Shown in pieces: positions 14,111 through 28,500 of a stretch of 64,000 bases of DNA. Source of the stretch: Felis catus (lineage: Eukaryota). Location of the stretch: positions 156,800,001 through 156,864,000 of the forward strand of contig NC_058368.1 in NCBI RefSeq assembly GCF_018350175.1, in the 5' to 3' direction. Both the position numbers and the translations under genes were made by a program. The notes below the pieces were generated by a model. The model ran no database searches. It saw only the letters and a list, made by a program, of their open reading frames with translations, and was not told where the DNA came from. Numbering within the stretch: the first letter of the stretch is position 1; each line of letters opens with the position of its first letter.

Positions 14111-15188
14111 CAAATCTGTAGCAAGTCCAGTCTGCATTATTCCAAAATATCCTTTCAAAAGTACTTTCCAGTGCTTCATAAAAAGAATACATATTTCTCC
14201 TCTATTCTTTCTATATTAGACAGTTACATAATTAATTAAAACTTTGCTATTTAACTTATATATTTTCTTAAGAGTCTGATTATTTCTTGACTGCATATAA
14301 ATGTTTTATTGTTCAGTTAGGACATTTCTTTTCATACTAGAACATGAGACTTCCAAAGATGATGATTCTTTTTTGAAATAAATTAATGCCAGAGGCATAT
14401 CCATTCCAAGAATGTATGTCAAGCCAGAAGTGACTGGGTATTTGTTAGGCATTAGGTTCTGAAATGTAGTACCTGCTTGTTTAAATTCAACAGATTCCAG
14501 AACTGTATTCTGATATGTTTGTCTTTAAAATGACCGTACAGTACTCAATTCTTGCTCCTTCCATCAGTATCATTTACAATGCATACACTGAAAGTATTTT
14601 TCTAGTTTTTATGGGAAAGGAAAAGCATAATTCTGTATTTGTAGAACTTACACACTGCATTATTTCCCACAAACACATGATTCTGCTATCCTGGATTTTG
14701 TGATGACTAACCACTTAGTCAAATTATTTAATACAATCTAAAGAATTGTTAAGACCTCAAAGATAATTCTCCCATTTTTCCCATCTCTTCTTTCATCTTT
14801 TGCATGTCTTTTTATCTTGCTTTGTTAGAACTTAAAGTGCTTTTATATGTATATTAAGATATCATTTCACCTAGAAGAGGTTATGGTTAACCCATAACAT
14901 CTTTCTCTGAATATCCTTCAGTAGTGCCCACAATTGACAATCTTAATGCATTAGACTTTTACCCTTGAAAAGCAAAACATTTTAAAAGGTCAAGAAATTT
15001 TTAACACTGACTTGCACACCCATTAACCATTAGGATGTATATGTTCTGCATGGAAGGGAGGGGAGTAATGTCCATCAACTATTAAGAAATCAATCTCTTG
15101 TGTGTCTCTTGATTTTGTCCCTCTCAATCTAATTGCTTGCTTAGTTGATGGTAGTTACCTTCTGAGGGTGTTCAAATTACTCAAGTAT

Positions 15189-15575
15189 TGTTATGGGCTA
15201 AATTGTGTTCTCCCAAAATTCCTATGTTTAAGTCTTAATTGTGGAAGTATTTGGAAATGGGGCCTTTAGGTAGGTAATTAGGATTAAATGAAGTAATAAG
15301 GGTGGACCCCAGTTCAAGGGAATTAGTGTCCTTATTAGAAGAGGAAGAGACACCAGAGAGTTCTCTCTCTGTGTGCATTCACAGAGGAAAGACCATGTGA
15401 GGACACAGCAAGGAAACTCTCCTTCAAGTCAGGAAGACAACTCTCACCAGAAACCAAATGTGCTGGCACCTTCATCTTGAACTTCAGGTCTGTAGAACAT
15501 TGAGAAATAAATTTCTGGCATTAAAGCCATCCAGCCTGTGGTATTTTGTTACTGCAGTCCAAGCAGACTAGTACA
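15189..15575 (+). mobile_element. MaLR MLT1A/B/C-type solo LTR
   Basis: Runs TGttatgggctaaattgtg...gagaaataaatttctg...gactagtaCA, with a 5-bp TSD-like AGTAT/AGTGT. Confidence 0.85.
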
Positions 15576-15576
15576 A

Positions 15577-15684
15577 GTGTGTGTGTGTGCATGTGTGTGT
15601 GTGTGCGTGTGTATGTATATGTGTATATATATACATATATACATATACATATATATATACATATATATATATACATATATATAT

Positions 15685-15740
<56 letters not shown>
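15577..15740. repeat. Compound (GT)n(AT/AC)n(AT)n microsatellite
   Basis: Seen directly in the sequence. Confidence 0.95.
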
Positions 15741-15748
<8 letters not shown>

Positions 15749-15879
15749 CTTCCAGGTAGATCAAACTGTCTGGTTTGAGTTATTATAAAACAATTTTAAA
15801 CATATAAATTGTTATATTAAAGAAAGAGTAATAATGTTATCAAAATCTAACTCTCTGCTATTAGCTAATTAATCCCAGC

Positions 15880-16260
15880 TGCCACCTGAATCTCAGTGCC
15901 TTTGCCCTGATGACTCCTCCATCTGGAATTTGATAGCTTTAGACCTTTGTCTGTCTGTCTCTTCATCTTTTAGATATTAACTCAAAGTTTGCCAGTTCAA
16001 CAAGGCATTCTCTGTCCACTGAAGTTTTCCTCACCACCATGCAGTGACACTATGAAATCATATTGCCTTGTTTTATTCCTCACACTCATTACTACCTGAA
16101 TGTTTTCATTTGTTTATTGTGTTTTTCTTAATAAAAAGTAAACCCATGAGGACAGGTATATTCTGTTACTAATTGGTATATCCCTAGATTTGAAATAGCA
16201 TTTGGCACATAGTAGGTGCACAATCAATGCTCAGTGAATGAATGAATGAATGAATGAATA
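15880..16260 (+). mobile_element. L2 3' end
   Basis: tggcacatagtaggtgcacaatcaatgc followed by an (ATGA)n tail. Confidence 0.75.
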
Positions 16261-16859
16261 AAACCATATATGTTAACTAAACTTGCCTTGAAATTTGTGT
16301 TCATAACTTATCAGGTCTAGAAAATCTGATTCAATTCACTTATCCTGCATTGATCTAATCATCAATACCTAATGGCTAATTATCCAACAATCTTCTTTAT
16401 CTTCTATACCAACAGATTTTCTTCAACTACTCTCCAGATTACTTCAAAACTATAAACATCTTTCAAATCTTTACCTTAAAGTCAAACTGAACATCCCAAA
16501 CTCCAGGATATAAATAACCCAGACTGGGCCTAAAGGCAGTAGACGTGTATGATTTAAATCCAGAGACTGAAGTATGAAATTTGAGGGGAATCAGAGTCAC
16601 CAGTAGGTGGTGGGCACCCTATACACCTTGTGAGGAAGGGCTCAGACTTATCCAGGTGATGATGGGAAGGCATTGGAGGGCTTACACAGGGAAATGACAC
16701 AATTAGATATGCTTAGACAGTTCAATCTGGTGGCTATCCAGGGGTTGGTTTGAGGAAAAGGTTGGCTAGGTACACAAAGGTGTGGTTAGCAGTGAGTACC
16801 CTGAACTTATCTAAAGCTCCATGACCATCACCCACAGCTAGTTATGGTGATTCAAACCA

Positions 16860-17530
16860 CAAGAATGGATGAGAGCTTTGGAAAATACTCTGGTAGTTCC
16901 TCAAACCATTACTCAAATGGCTAAATGTAGAGTTGCTGTATGACTCAGCAATTCTGCTCCTAGGAGTTTCACCCAAGAAGAAGGGAAAACATATATCCAC
17001 ACAAAACACTGGTATATGAATGTTTACAGCAGCATTATCCATAATAGCCAAAGAGTGGAAACAACTCAAATGTCCATCAACTAATAAATGGGTAAAATGT
17101 AGTACAGCCATACAATGGACTATCATTTAGCAAAGAAAGGAAGTGAAGTACTAATGCATGTTACCCTGTAGATGACCGTTGAAAACATTATGCTAAGTGA
17201 AAGAAGCCAGTCATAAACAAATACCTATTGCATAATTCCAGTTATAAGAAAAATCCATAGTAGGCAAACCTGCAGAGGCAGAAAGTGGGTTGGCACTTGA
17301 GTAGGCCAGCGTGGGATGCCTGGAAAGAGGAGAACGAGGAAGGAGGGAGAGACTGGAGGTGATGACTAAGGGGCCCAGGATTTCTTTTGGGGTTAACTAA
17401 AATGTTCTAAAATTGATCATGTAATAGATGCACAATTTTGTGATTACATTTAAAGCTACTGAATTGTATCCTTTAAACGGATGAATTGTATGGTATATGA
17501 TTTATATCTTAATAAAGTTGTTGAAAAAGA
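16860..17530 (+). mobile_element. Old L1M (L1MB-like) 3' end
   Basis: gactcagcaattctgctcctagg...aaatgtccatcaac...atgctaagtgaaagaagccag...cttaataaagttgtt. Confidence 0.85.
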
Positions 17531-20500
17531 AACAGACTAAGAACGACAATGAAAGCATTGTTATGTGGCCCTACAGTGGCCATCTGGAAAACTATCAGAA
17601 GTCAAAACTGAAAAAGTCTTTAAAAATGATGGCTCATGTTTACTCGATTGGGATTACAAATTTATATCCATGCTTATGAAGCACTATGAAACTTATGTCC
17701 AGTTTCTTCCAAAGATCACAGAAATCCTCTTTACTATACCATGCAAGGCTAACATAAATACTAGTTTAGGAACATCTTAGAAGAGAGGGATAGCACTGGA
17801 CAGAAAGGACCAGTTATTGGCCTTGTATTTTTCAGCTCACAACTTTCAAGTTTCATAGTTCTGATCAAGTGCATCAGATCTGTGTACTCAATAAACTCAC
17901 TAACTGAAGTGTGTTGTCCCAGATGGCTCATCACAATTGGTCTTCACTTAACTTCTATCAGGAACAGTTACCTAATCTACAAAATAAAAATTTATAAAAT
18001 AAAAGGCTTAAATAATATGGGGGGATCTCCAATCTTTTTATGGAGAAAAGTGTGTTCCCCGCAACCCAGAAACTTTGAGATACCTGATGTGGGATGGGTC
18101 ATAAGCAAAGCACAGGTGCTTGGTTTCCACTGGGAAGAGACTTTTTGCCTAGGTATCAGAAAATAGAATTTAAGGGTACAAATTATTCATTCCATAAATT
18201 ATATTGTCTTTAAACTTGTTTGAGGAAAATTTCAGGTTTGTTATTCTTGTTGTTGTTTTGTTTTAACTAAAATTAATACCAATGCTTAGAAACTGGAGGG
18301 TTCACTCTATATTCAACTCACTCTGGTAAACTACCAGTCATCAAAATTGATGTCAATTATTTCCCTTTCCCCTACTGAAATGCTCTCATGTTCTCCGGGG
18401 GTAACAGAGGAACAAATAGAGTTGATTTTCCAGATCTTGATGTTGTCGGAGTTGCCTCTGAAAATAAGGAAGGAAACCCTGCCCTTCTAATACCACTTCT
18501 GCATAACTCTCAGATCTAAGACAGAAGAAGAGAGAAAGGCCAAGGCCCAGCAGGGGAGAGGTACAGTTATTAATAAAGCAGGCTGAGCTCCAGAAAACAT
18601 GATTCAGGGAATGGGTTTAATTCAATAGATCTGGTTCTGTTCATGTGGCTTGGTGTTGATGCTGAGGACTTTTCCCACACTTACTGGATCATAATAACCC
18701 CAGAATTAGACTAATTAGTGGCCAAGGTTGTGATCATGAAATGGAATTTAGGGCAAGGACCTCAAGCAGGGTCATGGTTTTTAATGATAAAAAGAAATTT
18801 TAAAAGTAGTCTCATTATTCATTACGATTTAGGTCTCATTTTCACTTTTACAGTGGAAGGTGCATTGGTCTGGGTACATTCCCAAACCCCTTACTCTGCT
18901 CTAGTTTTTCTTTTCTTATCATAATAAGTATCACTTCCAACATACTATACAATTTAATTTCTCTTAATTTTGATTATCTACATTAGACTAAAATGTAAAT
19001 TCCTCTAGGGCAAGGACTTCTGCCTGTTTTATTCACTGATGTATCCCAAGAACCCAAAATAAAGCTGGTCTCATAGTATATATTTAATAAAGAACGGCTG
19101 AATGAGTGAGTGAATGAATTAATATATAGCAGCTTCATTATAAAAAGTAAGTTAACTTTGTAAACATGAATTCAAAATTATATAAGCATGTAGTCTCTTG
19201 AAATAATTATCCTCGGGGGCGGAGGTGCTCTATCCTTATTCCAGTTATACCATTACTCAAAAACATTTAGAATTGCTTAAGCCATGGTTTATGAGCCACA
19301 CAAGAAATTAGTCATGTTACCTTAAAGTTCTATTTTATTTTTCCATATAGTTCTACTTTTTCAGTGCAATCATCTATTTTCTTTATCAAACCCTGTTCTA
19401 AATGACCTTTAGTTTTTTTTTTCCAAGTTAAATTCCACCTGAAAGGGTGAAGATTTGTGACAAATCCATAGAGAATTAACAACAACAACAACAAAATTTT
19501 TGAGAGCACAGTCAGCAGAATTGAAGAAAGAGAACCCTAGGAACATCCTATCATGCTACTAATGTCAATAGAGACTGCATATAATATCTTGGGCAGGACA
19601 CATAACTCTTGTTCCTAAGGAGCATTTGGATAATCATATTTGGCAGCAGGTTTGTTCTTTTATACCTATATGTTTTGCCATCTCTTGCTGATTTAATTAA
19701 AATTTTACATTAAATACATTGAGCTGGGTAGGATATTAAGCACAACAAGAAGCAAAGCCATGAAAAATTAGCGAAGTGACACTTCTTTACAAGATATTTC
19801 ATAGTGCTACCTTTTGTAAAATTCCGTCCCCCCCCCCCAATACAAAAGTATTATGTGCTCAATGGAAAAAACTCAAAAGACACATAGAACACCAGAAAAG
19901 TGTTTTGATGGAATTTCTGTGTGTCTAGGAAATAAATGTGAGGAAGGCCTGGTAACCACAGACTCAGGCCTCATCTCAGGCTGCAACCCACTCTTTGCTC
20001 ACCAGGCACACTTGCCTTCCTTGTGATTCCTCCATGCTCCTGCTGTCTCAGCACCCTTGCAAAAGGCTCTTTCTTCTGCCCCAGTTGTGCTCTCTATCCC
20101 CCATTGTCCCTTCCTTCATCTGGTGGGACCGCCTGGCCAAACCGATCCCAGCTCTCACATCGTTTCCACAAGGGACCTTCTGTCACTTCCAGGTAGGTTA
20201 GGTCCCTTGTGTTCTGGCTTTGAAGCACTGACCACAGTGGGTGGTGATATACTGGGTAACTTTGATTACTACCTGTCTCCACAGTTACCTAAGTAACAGG
20301 AGAGCAGGGGCAAGGCTGTTTCTCTCACCATAGTCCCTCTAGTGCTCCCTGCTGAGTCCAGCCCAAGCAGGTGCTCCGTAAATGCATTCATTCATTCTAT
20401 ACACACTCCTTAAGCGATGAATGCCTGCCAGGAACCAGGTAAGGTGCTGGGGAAAGTGGACATAAATATTCCTGAATTCTGACCAAGGACTGACTTCTAT

Positions 20501-21164
20501 GAAAATCATCACACTTAATCATCAGGTCTCTCTAAAGAAGTCATGAGTGGATTTACAGTTTGATCATAACTACTAAGTTTTTTACAAGTGACAATATAAG
20601 AAATGTCCATAAGACTACTATTTTTATAACTTTTGCAAAACAATAGTCAAGAATCTACTGTCTGCATTTAAGGTCCATGTACTAAATTTCTCCTATAGGG
20701 GAAAAAAAAAGGTTCGTTCTTGAGATGAATTTGTGTGCTTCCTACTCGAGTAACTGTATATATTAAAAATGTTTTGCATTTTCTTGGCTACCCACGAGGT
20801 CAGACTGAAGTTGAGCTCCTGATAATAATAATTACTACACTCTTACTATTTATTTTTCATTTGAATTCTACTCTTATTTTTAATTACCGGTTTCTGCATG
20901 TTTTAATACTACAAAATGCTTCAAATCTGTTCTGTAAATAGGTGATATTCATAAATAATAAATAAATATTTTCACATAATTAATTTTCCCAAGTATTGTA
21001 ATTATTTTAGTATATGCTTTTTAAAACTATGCTTTTCATATACTGAGTTATTAAATATTATTCCACTGAAAACATTTAAAAACTTAATCTAGTTTCAATT
21101 CTGGTATCTATATTCTCACGGTAAAAGTGAGATTACATATAAGAGTGACATACAGTATTTAAAT

Positions 21165-21603
21165 ATTGTTGTGAAACACTCCTCTCCAACTTTGTAATTT
21201 AAAACAACAATTGCCTTCCTAGCTCAAAACTCAGTGAGTTGGCAATTTGGACTGGATTCATGTAGGCAGTTCTTTTGCTGGACTCATTTAAGCAGCCGCA
21301 ATTAGGCAACATTTCAGTGGGGCCCAGAGAGTCCAAGAAGGTCTCACTCACATACAGTGGTGCTGTTAGCTGGGCCACAGGTCTCTAGCAGACCAGCAGG
21401 GCTTCTTCATACAGCAGATGGATTCCAAAAGCAGCAAGAAAAACACAACCTCAAGTTCTTTTCCAGTCAGGGCTCTGCTAGCAACTCTTTGCTAGTATCA
21501 TATTCATCAAAGCAAATCACATGGTCAAGCTCAAAGTCAGAGTGGGGCATTGATAAAGGGAGGTGTGATTAATTGGAGGCTATCATTGTAACAATTTACT
21601 ACA
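21165..21603 (-). mobile_element. Old MaLR (MLT1G-K-like) LTR
   Basis: Motifs ttaaaacaacaa...ggcaatttggactgg...gggcttcttcatacagcag...gcaaatcacatggtcaagc, ending ttactaca. Confidence 0.6.
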
Positions 21604-22098
21604 GAATATAATTAATTAAAGTTATCTTGCTTCTCAGTTTTCAAAATACCGTTGCAGCTACTATCTTTGAATAAATAGCAAGCGATCTCCAAGACAACAA
21701 TTGTCATTTATTATAACCTCTATGTTACATTGTTTTTCTGGGATCTTAATTCACTTTTGCCTCATGGCAAAAGAAATACCATTTTTCCCCCAAGTAGAAA
21801 AAAGGTTAAACTCAGACACTGAGGGATGTGAAAATCAATATTTCATTAGATCAAGCATAGTTCCAATACCAGTGTGGAGAAATAAAACCAAAGAAAAAAT
21901 TATGTTTGCAGCACAAATATGAATAGCTTCTATTACTATGAAAAAATATAGCCCATAATAATACATATTCCCAATTTTTCACTCAGGGGCCATAAATACC
22001 AAAAGATCACAAAGAACACAAGAAAAAAAAATATATACATTAAGTTGGTAAGCTGAGAATATTAATAATTATGACTTACTGTTTATAATTTGAGTTTA

Positions 22099-22312
22099 CA
22101 TTTTTTTTTCAACGTTTATTTATTTTTGGGACAGAGAGAGACAGAGCATGAACGGGCGAGGGGCAGAGAGACAGGGAGACACAGAATCAGAAACAGGCTC
22201 CAGGCTCTGAGCCATCAGCCCAGAGCCTGACGCGGGGCTCGAACTCACAGACCGCGAGATCGTGACCTGGCTGAAGTCGGACGCTTAACCGACTGCGCCA
22301 CCCAGGCGCCCC
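22099..22312 (-). mobile_element. Young SINEC_Fc-type SINE
   Basis: Near-identical to the copy at 441-663. Perfect 15-bp TSD TATAATTTGAGTTTA at 22084-22098 and 22313-22327. Confidence 0.97.
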
Positions 22313-22964
22313 TATAATTTGAGTTTAAAAAGTCCTGTGAAATGAACAAGTATCCAAGCCAAATGAAATATCATTGGGTTCAGTGAACATTATAGTATTC
22401 TGGTTCAATACATTGAGAAGAAATTATAGCTTGGTTTACTGTTTCAAACCAGTTTATGAAACATTTTCTATTTCAGAAAATAACAAACATTAAGATTCAG
22501 GATTTAACACCCACTTGGAACTTTGCAATTAGAGTGGATTTCAGGTGATGGGCATATGTTTCAAAAATCTGTCCCTAAACTACTTTATTGTCCTTATCTC
22601 CTGCATTGCACAAATCTACCCTTCAAGTACACTAAAACATGAATCTTTCCATGTATAAGTATTGATAATCATGGTTTGTATGCCTTGACATTCCTCCCCT
22701 TGCTTGTCAATCTCATCCATTGTTTTTCTTGGTGAAGACCCAGAGAAATGTCACTTTCTGTGTGAATGCCCCCAAGCAGAGATAACTGCTCACTCACTTC
22801 TGTGGGCTCCACAGGCTATATGTCCTTTGTCTTCCCCGATGGTTACCAGCTGGGCTCCTTTCCCAGGTGGACAGCTCTGTCCATTCAGGAAGAGCCCAGA
22901 TTGGATACCTCATGTTCATGACAAGGTGACAGCTTAAACTATTTGCTCAGTTGAAGGTGGGAGG

Positions 22965-23145
22965 ATGAATTGGGATGCAGGAGGAGAGGAAAGGGAAGAT
23001 GGAAAAAGGGAAGTTGATGAGAGGGAAAGGGTGAAGACAAAGGAAGTTAGGGAGAAGGAAGATCAAGAAGGGGGGAAGTGGGGAAGGAAGAAAGCCCAGG
23101 AAGAAGGAAGTTAGAGAGAAGCAGAAGTGAGGAACAGAAGGAACA
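22965..23145 (+). repeat. Polypurine (GA-rich) low-complexity tract
   Basis: About 180 bp that are strongly G/A-dominated on the + strand. Confidence 0.85.
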
Positions 23146-24065
23146 TTAGCTCACAGAGAGCTTACAATGTACCCAGCTTGAGGTTTTTACATACATTACT
23201 TTTTAAAATGTTTATAACTATTTTGTAATGTAAATACTATTATGATCCCTATATTATGCATAAAGAAACTGAGACATGGAGATATTGAGTACCAGAATCT
23301 CATAGTTAGGAGGAGGAGGGGTAAGAGAATTCACAAAATGTCTAGAACCCTCAAGCCTGAGCAATCACACTAAGTCTTCCTACCTCACGTCAATCTGCCC
23401 TTGAATGAACAAAGAGTAACTCCAGACTTGTTCCTGGAACTATCTCCTGATCAATTTCATCAAGCCCACAGGGAGAGAAATTACATTTTACAAAGATTAT
23501 TTGTAAAGTACATTCCATTTATTCAACAAAATAGTCTAGATTTTAAACCTCAGTTAACAAAACAATTACTAAGCTAAGTGCTTAACTTACTCAGTTTGCA
23601 GCAGAAAATTTTCCCTGAATTCCTTCAGCATGATGCCCCCAAGCTTACCTTCACAGACGAAGTGAGCAACAGATTTATGAACTCTAATGTTGTGTTTGTC
23701 TCCGGCTTGTTGGTTATGACCTTGCTCCCTACTAGAGAAGGCAGGGAGCACTTCACAGGGGAAGGATAACCTAGTGATGACGGGGACATGTTCTGCAGTT
23801 GTCTGGGCCCCACCTCAACTGTCAGGAACTGTAAAGTTTATTGGATTCTCAAAGCCTTGGTTCTGTCATCAATAACATAGTAGTCCTTGGTTCATAGAGT
23901 TGTGAAGATTGCATGAGAAAATGCTTGTAAAACACTTAGGATGCCTAGTACATAGAAAGTGCTCAATAAATGTCATCAAACAGTATCCCCCAATACAAAG
24001 TAGCATGCAATTTCTTTAAGATATGTATTCTAGGCAAGGTTTTGCCTCTCCTGAAGAGTCAACAC

Positions 24066-24098
24066 ATTTTCTTTTCTTGAGATGTTTTATATATTTTT

Positions 24099-24154
<56 letters not shown>

Positions 24155-24341
24155 ACGCACAGGCAGGGGAGGAGCAGAGAGAGAGAGAGAGGGAGAGACA
24201 GACAGAATCCCAAGCAGGGTCCATGCTGTCAGTGCAGAGTCCGACATGGGGCTCAGTCCCATGAACTGTGAGATCATGACCTGAGCTGAAGCCAAGAGTG
24301 GGACGCTTAACTGCTTAACTGACTGAGCCACCCAGGTACCA
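24066..24341 (-). mobile_element. SINEC with long (GA)n
   Basis: Reverse-complement head gagccacccaggtacc and (GA)n at ~24100-24152. Confidence 0.93.
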
Positions 24342-25332
24342 CAGGGCACAACTTTTCATGGACATGGAGATTCTCTTTTAGCTTTGGTTACTACAAAGAC
24401 CAGAGCCAAAATTTCACGGCAACTTTAGCAGCTCTGTGGAATTCTGATGTTTGCTGATCTGTCGTCTGACATTGCTTTCCATTCCATCTACGTTTTATTT
24501 CATGCCAACTGTTGTTCCTATTGATATATACATTTTGTAAGCTGCTTCTAATGTTTGTGGGGTAAAACAAAAACAATAAATAAATAATTTTGTTTGTTTG
24601 CATGTGTGGTCAGCCACCAGGAAAGACTGTTTCCCTAGAGTTGGTAACATGCTGGTTCCCTCACACAAAAAAATTGGACTTGATGATCTGTAGGCAACAT
24701 TGTCTTAGAAAATGTTCACGGAATCAATACATGACTATTGAATTAGAGGGAATATGGTAATGAAAATCCTACCAAAAACATTAAAACCACAGCTCTAGAT
24801 AATAATCCTGCAAGTTTAACTGTTTTCAAATTGCTTCTACTTTATTTTTTAGAGAAGTGTTTTCCTCATTTTTTAGGTATCTTTCACAACAACTTCAATT
24901 AGTATCCCTTCTTCATGCTCCCAGAAGAGCTGTGCTGTGTCTGCTAGTGAGCTTACCATGACTGAGTATCATGATGTGGGCACAGACTTTTCCATTAGAC
25001 CCCACATCATGGTGACAATATTTTAGGGGCAGGATAGGAATGTAGAGAGCACTGAAGCCAGCTGTGTTACTTTTTAGATGAGAAAACAAGGTCCAGGGAG
25101 TTTCTATGATATGAGGATAGCAGCAGCAGAGCTGAACAAGAACATGGGTTCCTCAGTCCCCATCCACTCTCTTCTCATTATACTCACCTGCAACTTTCTA
25201 GAAGAGCAAGAATATAATGGCAAAACACTAGATCGGTTACATATACAAAGAGTCATCTTTTTCTTCAGTTAGAGTTTCCCCTCTAAAGTACCTTATTATA
25301 CAAACAAACGAACCACTTAAATAGAAATTCCA

Positions 25333-25505
25333 GGGGCGCCTGTATGGCTCAGTTGTTAAGCCTCCAACTCTTAATTTCAGCTCAGGTCATGATCTCACGG
25401 TTTGTGAGTTTGAGCCTCACATCGGGCTCTGTGCTGATGAGCCTGCTTGGGACTCTCTCTCTCTCTCCCTCCCCAATTTGTGCATGTGTGCATAAATAAA
25501 TAAAT
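25333..25505 (+). mobile_element. SINEC
   Basis: ggggcgcctgtatggctcag head and TSD TAAATAGAAATTCCA. Confidence 0.92.
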
Positions 25506-28500
25506 AGAAATTCCATGGAACTGATAGTGGTTTGGCAGGGCCCCTGAAAAGTTTAGGGAAAGGTGTGCTAATAAAAAGGTCAACCTTCTCACCTCTCAGC
25601 TCACAAGATAACTATCGCCCCTTCCTGGAGACCTTCTCTGACAATCCACTGAAGCAGCTGTCCCCATGCTGCCCTCATCCCACCACCTGTTCCCTATCAT
25701 ATCACTCTCCAGAGTCTTGATCACAATGCACAATCATCTCTATTTCTCACTTGGTTTTTGTAACTGGCACTGTCTCTAGAGTGAAATTCAGAACTTGCCT
25801 ATTATCTGGATGATCATTTTTGATTAGTATCTGTAACGTGTCTGGACAATGTAGATTACATTCTATTTTATACACAAAACAATGGAGTATATTTTATTTA
25901 TTACCTTATAATGTTTCTGGACAATCCCACTGTCAGTTATTTTCAATTAGATCCTTTTCTAGAGTGTTGAAATTGTCAGGGTTTTCATTTACATCTTCTC
26001 TCTCTCGTGTGTGTGTGTGTGTGTGTGAATACACAGTGCGATCTGAAAATTATAGTTTTAATAATTCAGTACTTGTTGAAAACCTTTAGAATTATTTATT
26101 TCAATATTCATATTATTTTACTATCAATTAAGAAGTGTAACTATGATAGAATGCATTCACCAAAAAAGTTAGATCTTTATGTCAAAACCAAAATATAAAT
26201 GCTAAGAATAGAAGAATTAATGTGTGCATGCTAATAGCCAGAAACATATGCTGCTCAAAACAAAACAGATGAAATTACATTATTCTTAATGTGTTTGTAA
26301 CCTAGGAACATTTTGAGAATATACTCAACATGGAGAACAGGGTTAGAGATTTACAGATATTTGCATGTTGTTCCCTCTGGCAGATGCAAATTTCTTAAGG
26401 AAATAAAAAGATCTAGAAATTGCAGCATGTCCAGTGAAAATGAGTGCAGGTGACAGAAGTATTTGCCTGGTGTAGTACCTGTGTCTCTCACTCTGGGGAC
26501 CAGAGAGCTTCTTTGTACATTTTTTTTCTCTTTTTTCCCAAACTATTTTAAGTGAAAGGAATTTTATAAGGACTCTCAAAATCAACCTTGTTAAAATACC
26601 AAAAGGTTAAAGATATTTTGAGCCTGAATCCAGCTAAGAGGGATTTTTGCTACTCATAGATCAGTTTCTAGACAAAACATTCCTATTTGTAGCTACTTAT
26701 TGAGGAGCACAGGCCAAAAAGTAAACCAAAAACTAAACAACAGACCCACAGAAACTGTCTCCCGATGGGCAAATTAAGTGGCTATTAGCCCCACCCCCCA
26801 CTAAACTATGATCTCCTTAAAAGTAAAATTGCCATTAACTCCTGCATTATTATCTAGCATGTAACCTGACACAGAGTAGGGATTAATAACATTATGTTAT
26901 ATACCTGAAAGTAACATATTATAAAAAAAATGGTTGAATAATAAATGCGTAAGAGAATATGAATCAACTTTCACATCTATAAGCTTTGTGTAAAAAAACA
27001 GATAATCCAGACAAGAATGAGCACGTATTTTAAAATGAAAAAATTTCATGTTTAAAGGGAAATTTACTGTCATCTGGTTCAGGCTTCTCTTCAACGGTAG
27101 GGGACCGTTGGGGGCGTCATGAACTAAATCACCTTTTACTTCAGCCCGACCTTCCGCTGTCTTCCAATCCTACTGTTCCCAGATGTGGATACAATTTGGA
27201 ATGGTAGAAAACTGCCTCATTTTTTTTAATTCCTTTTAAAAATTGATATTTGCAAAAATTAGTTCTTGGGTAACATGTTCCATTGACCTGTTTTCCAAAG
27301 CACCAGCTATCATTCACGTCTTCATCTGCAATCTGAATCTTGCCACATGATATGGAAGGTGTTCTAAGCCAATTAGTAATGGAAAAAATAAGTGAACACA
27401 GTTGGCTCATTTATTATTTCTCTATACTCTGAAAGTAATCTTGTGACGACAAAAGGAATCTTTCATCAAACAGGAAATTATTCTATGTAAAAACGTTTAA
27501 AACAAACTAGTAGTTGGAGCATTTGAAATATTCAAAAAGTAAAATCTTTTTTTTTGAAATCTGAAAAACAATCGCTTCAATAAACCTTTGGATCGTGATT
27601 TTGCTTTAAAAACAATTTAATGAGAATGTGTTAGAAAAGACTATGGATACCTTCCATGACTGGCAATTTCAGAATGGAGGTGTTTTCCATCAGAGGAAGC
27701 ACAAGACAAACCCGAGAGACTTGGGTTATCTAACCTCATTAAGAACATCTCTCACTGCCCTTCACACTGAGGCAGAGTGGTTTACCAAAGCTATTTCCCT
27801 TTCCTAAAAACCTTAAAGGTGGGATTGTACCAAATTGAAACTTTTTTTTCAGAAACTTACTCAGGTCTGCTAACTACAATGCATGCATTTTGACATTTTC
27901 ATAAAATCTCATTAGTTCGGTTCCTATACATTTGGAATTTATTATTGGAAAGTTAACCTTTGCTTTTATTATGGATATTTGAAAGGATATGACCAAGCAA
28001 ATAAAAAGTGTGAGGAGATTCCAATGGAAACATGCTGGTTACTGAAGAGAACAAGTCTCCCCCACCCCCCACCCCCAATTACCTACAGTTACTTTGTGGA
28101 TTCAATCAAGACTACCTTTTTACTTGATAACAACCCCCACAGGCTAACACTTATTCACATGGTTGGGGGACTTTTGGATTCTAGCTCAAAATAGATCACA
28201 GCTAGTGTGTGAGAGGACTGAGAGTTGGCTTTTTTTTTCTTTGAAGCAAAGGTCCATAAGTCTGGTTTGTGTTTTGCTCCTTTTTGCCATCCGATACCAA
28301 ATTGTCAAAAGAGTTTCTTTACCTCCCATTATCTAGTAATCATTGCTTCTGCTCATCGTTATTATCTTTTTGATTTCCCTTCCCCTCCCTTCTTTCCTTC
28401 CTTTCTTTCTTTTATTCTTTTTTTTTTTTTTTTTTTTTTGGTAAGGGGGAGACAGGTACCAGTGCTGGTTTTCATATAAGAATTTAACTTTTACCTTCAT

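Noticed and set aside
15538..15788. Low-complexity YI/CV ORFs
   Set aside because: These are translations of a dinucleotide microsatellite.
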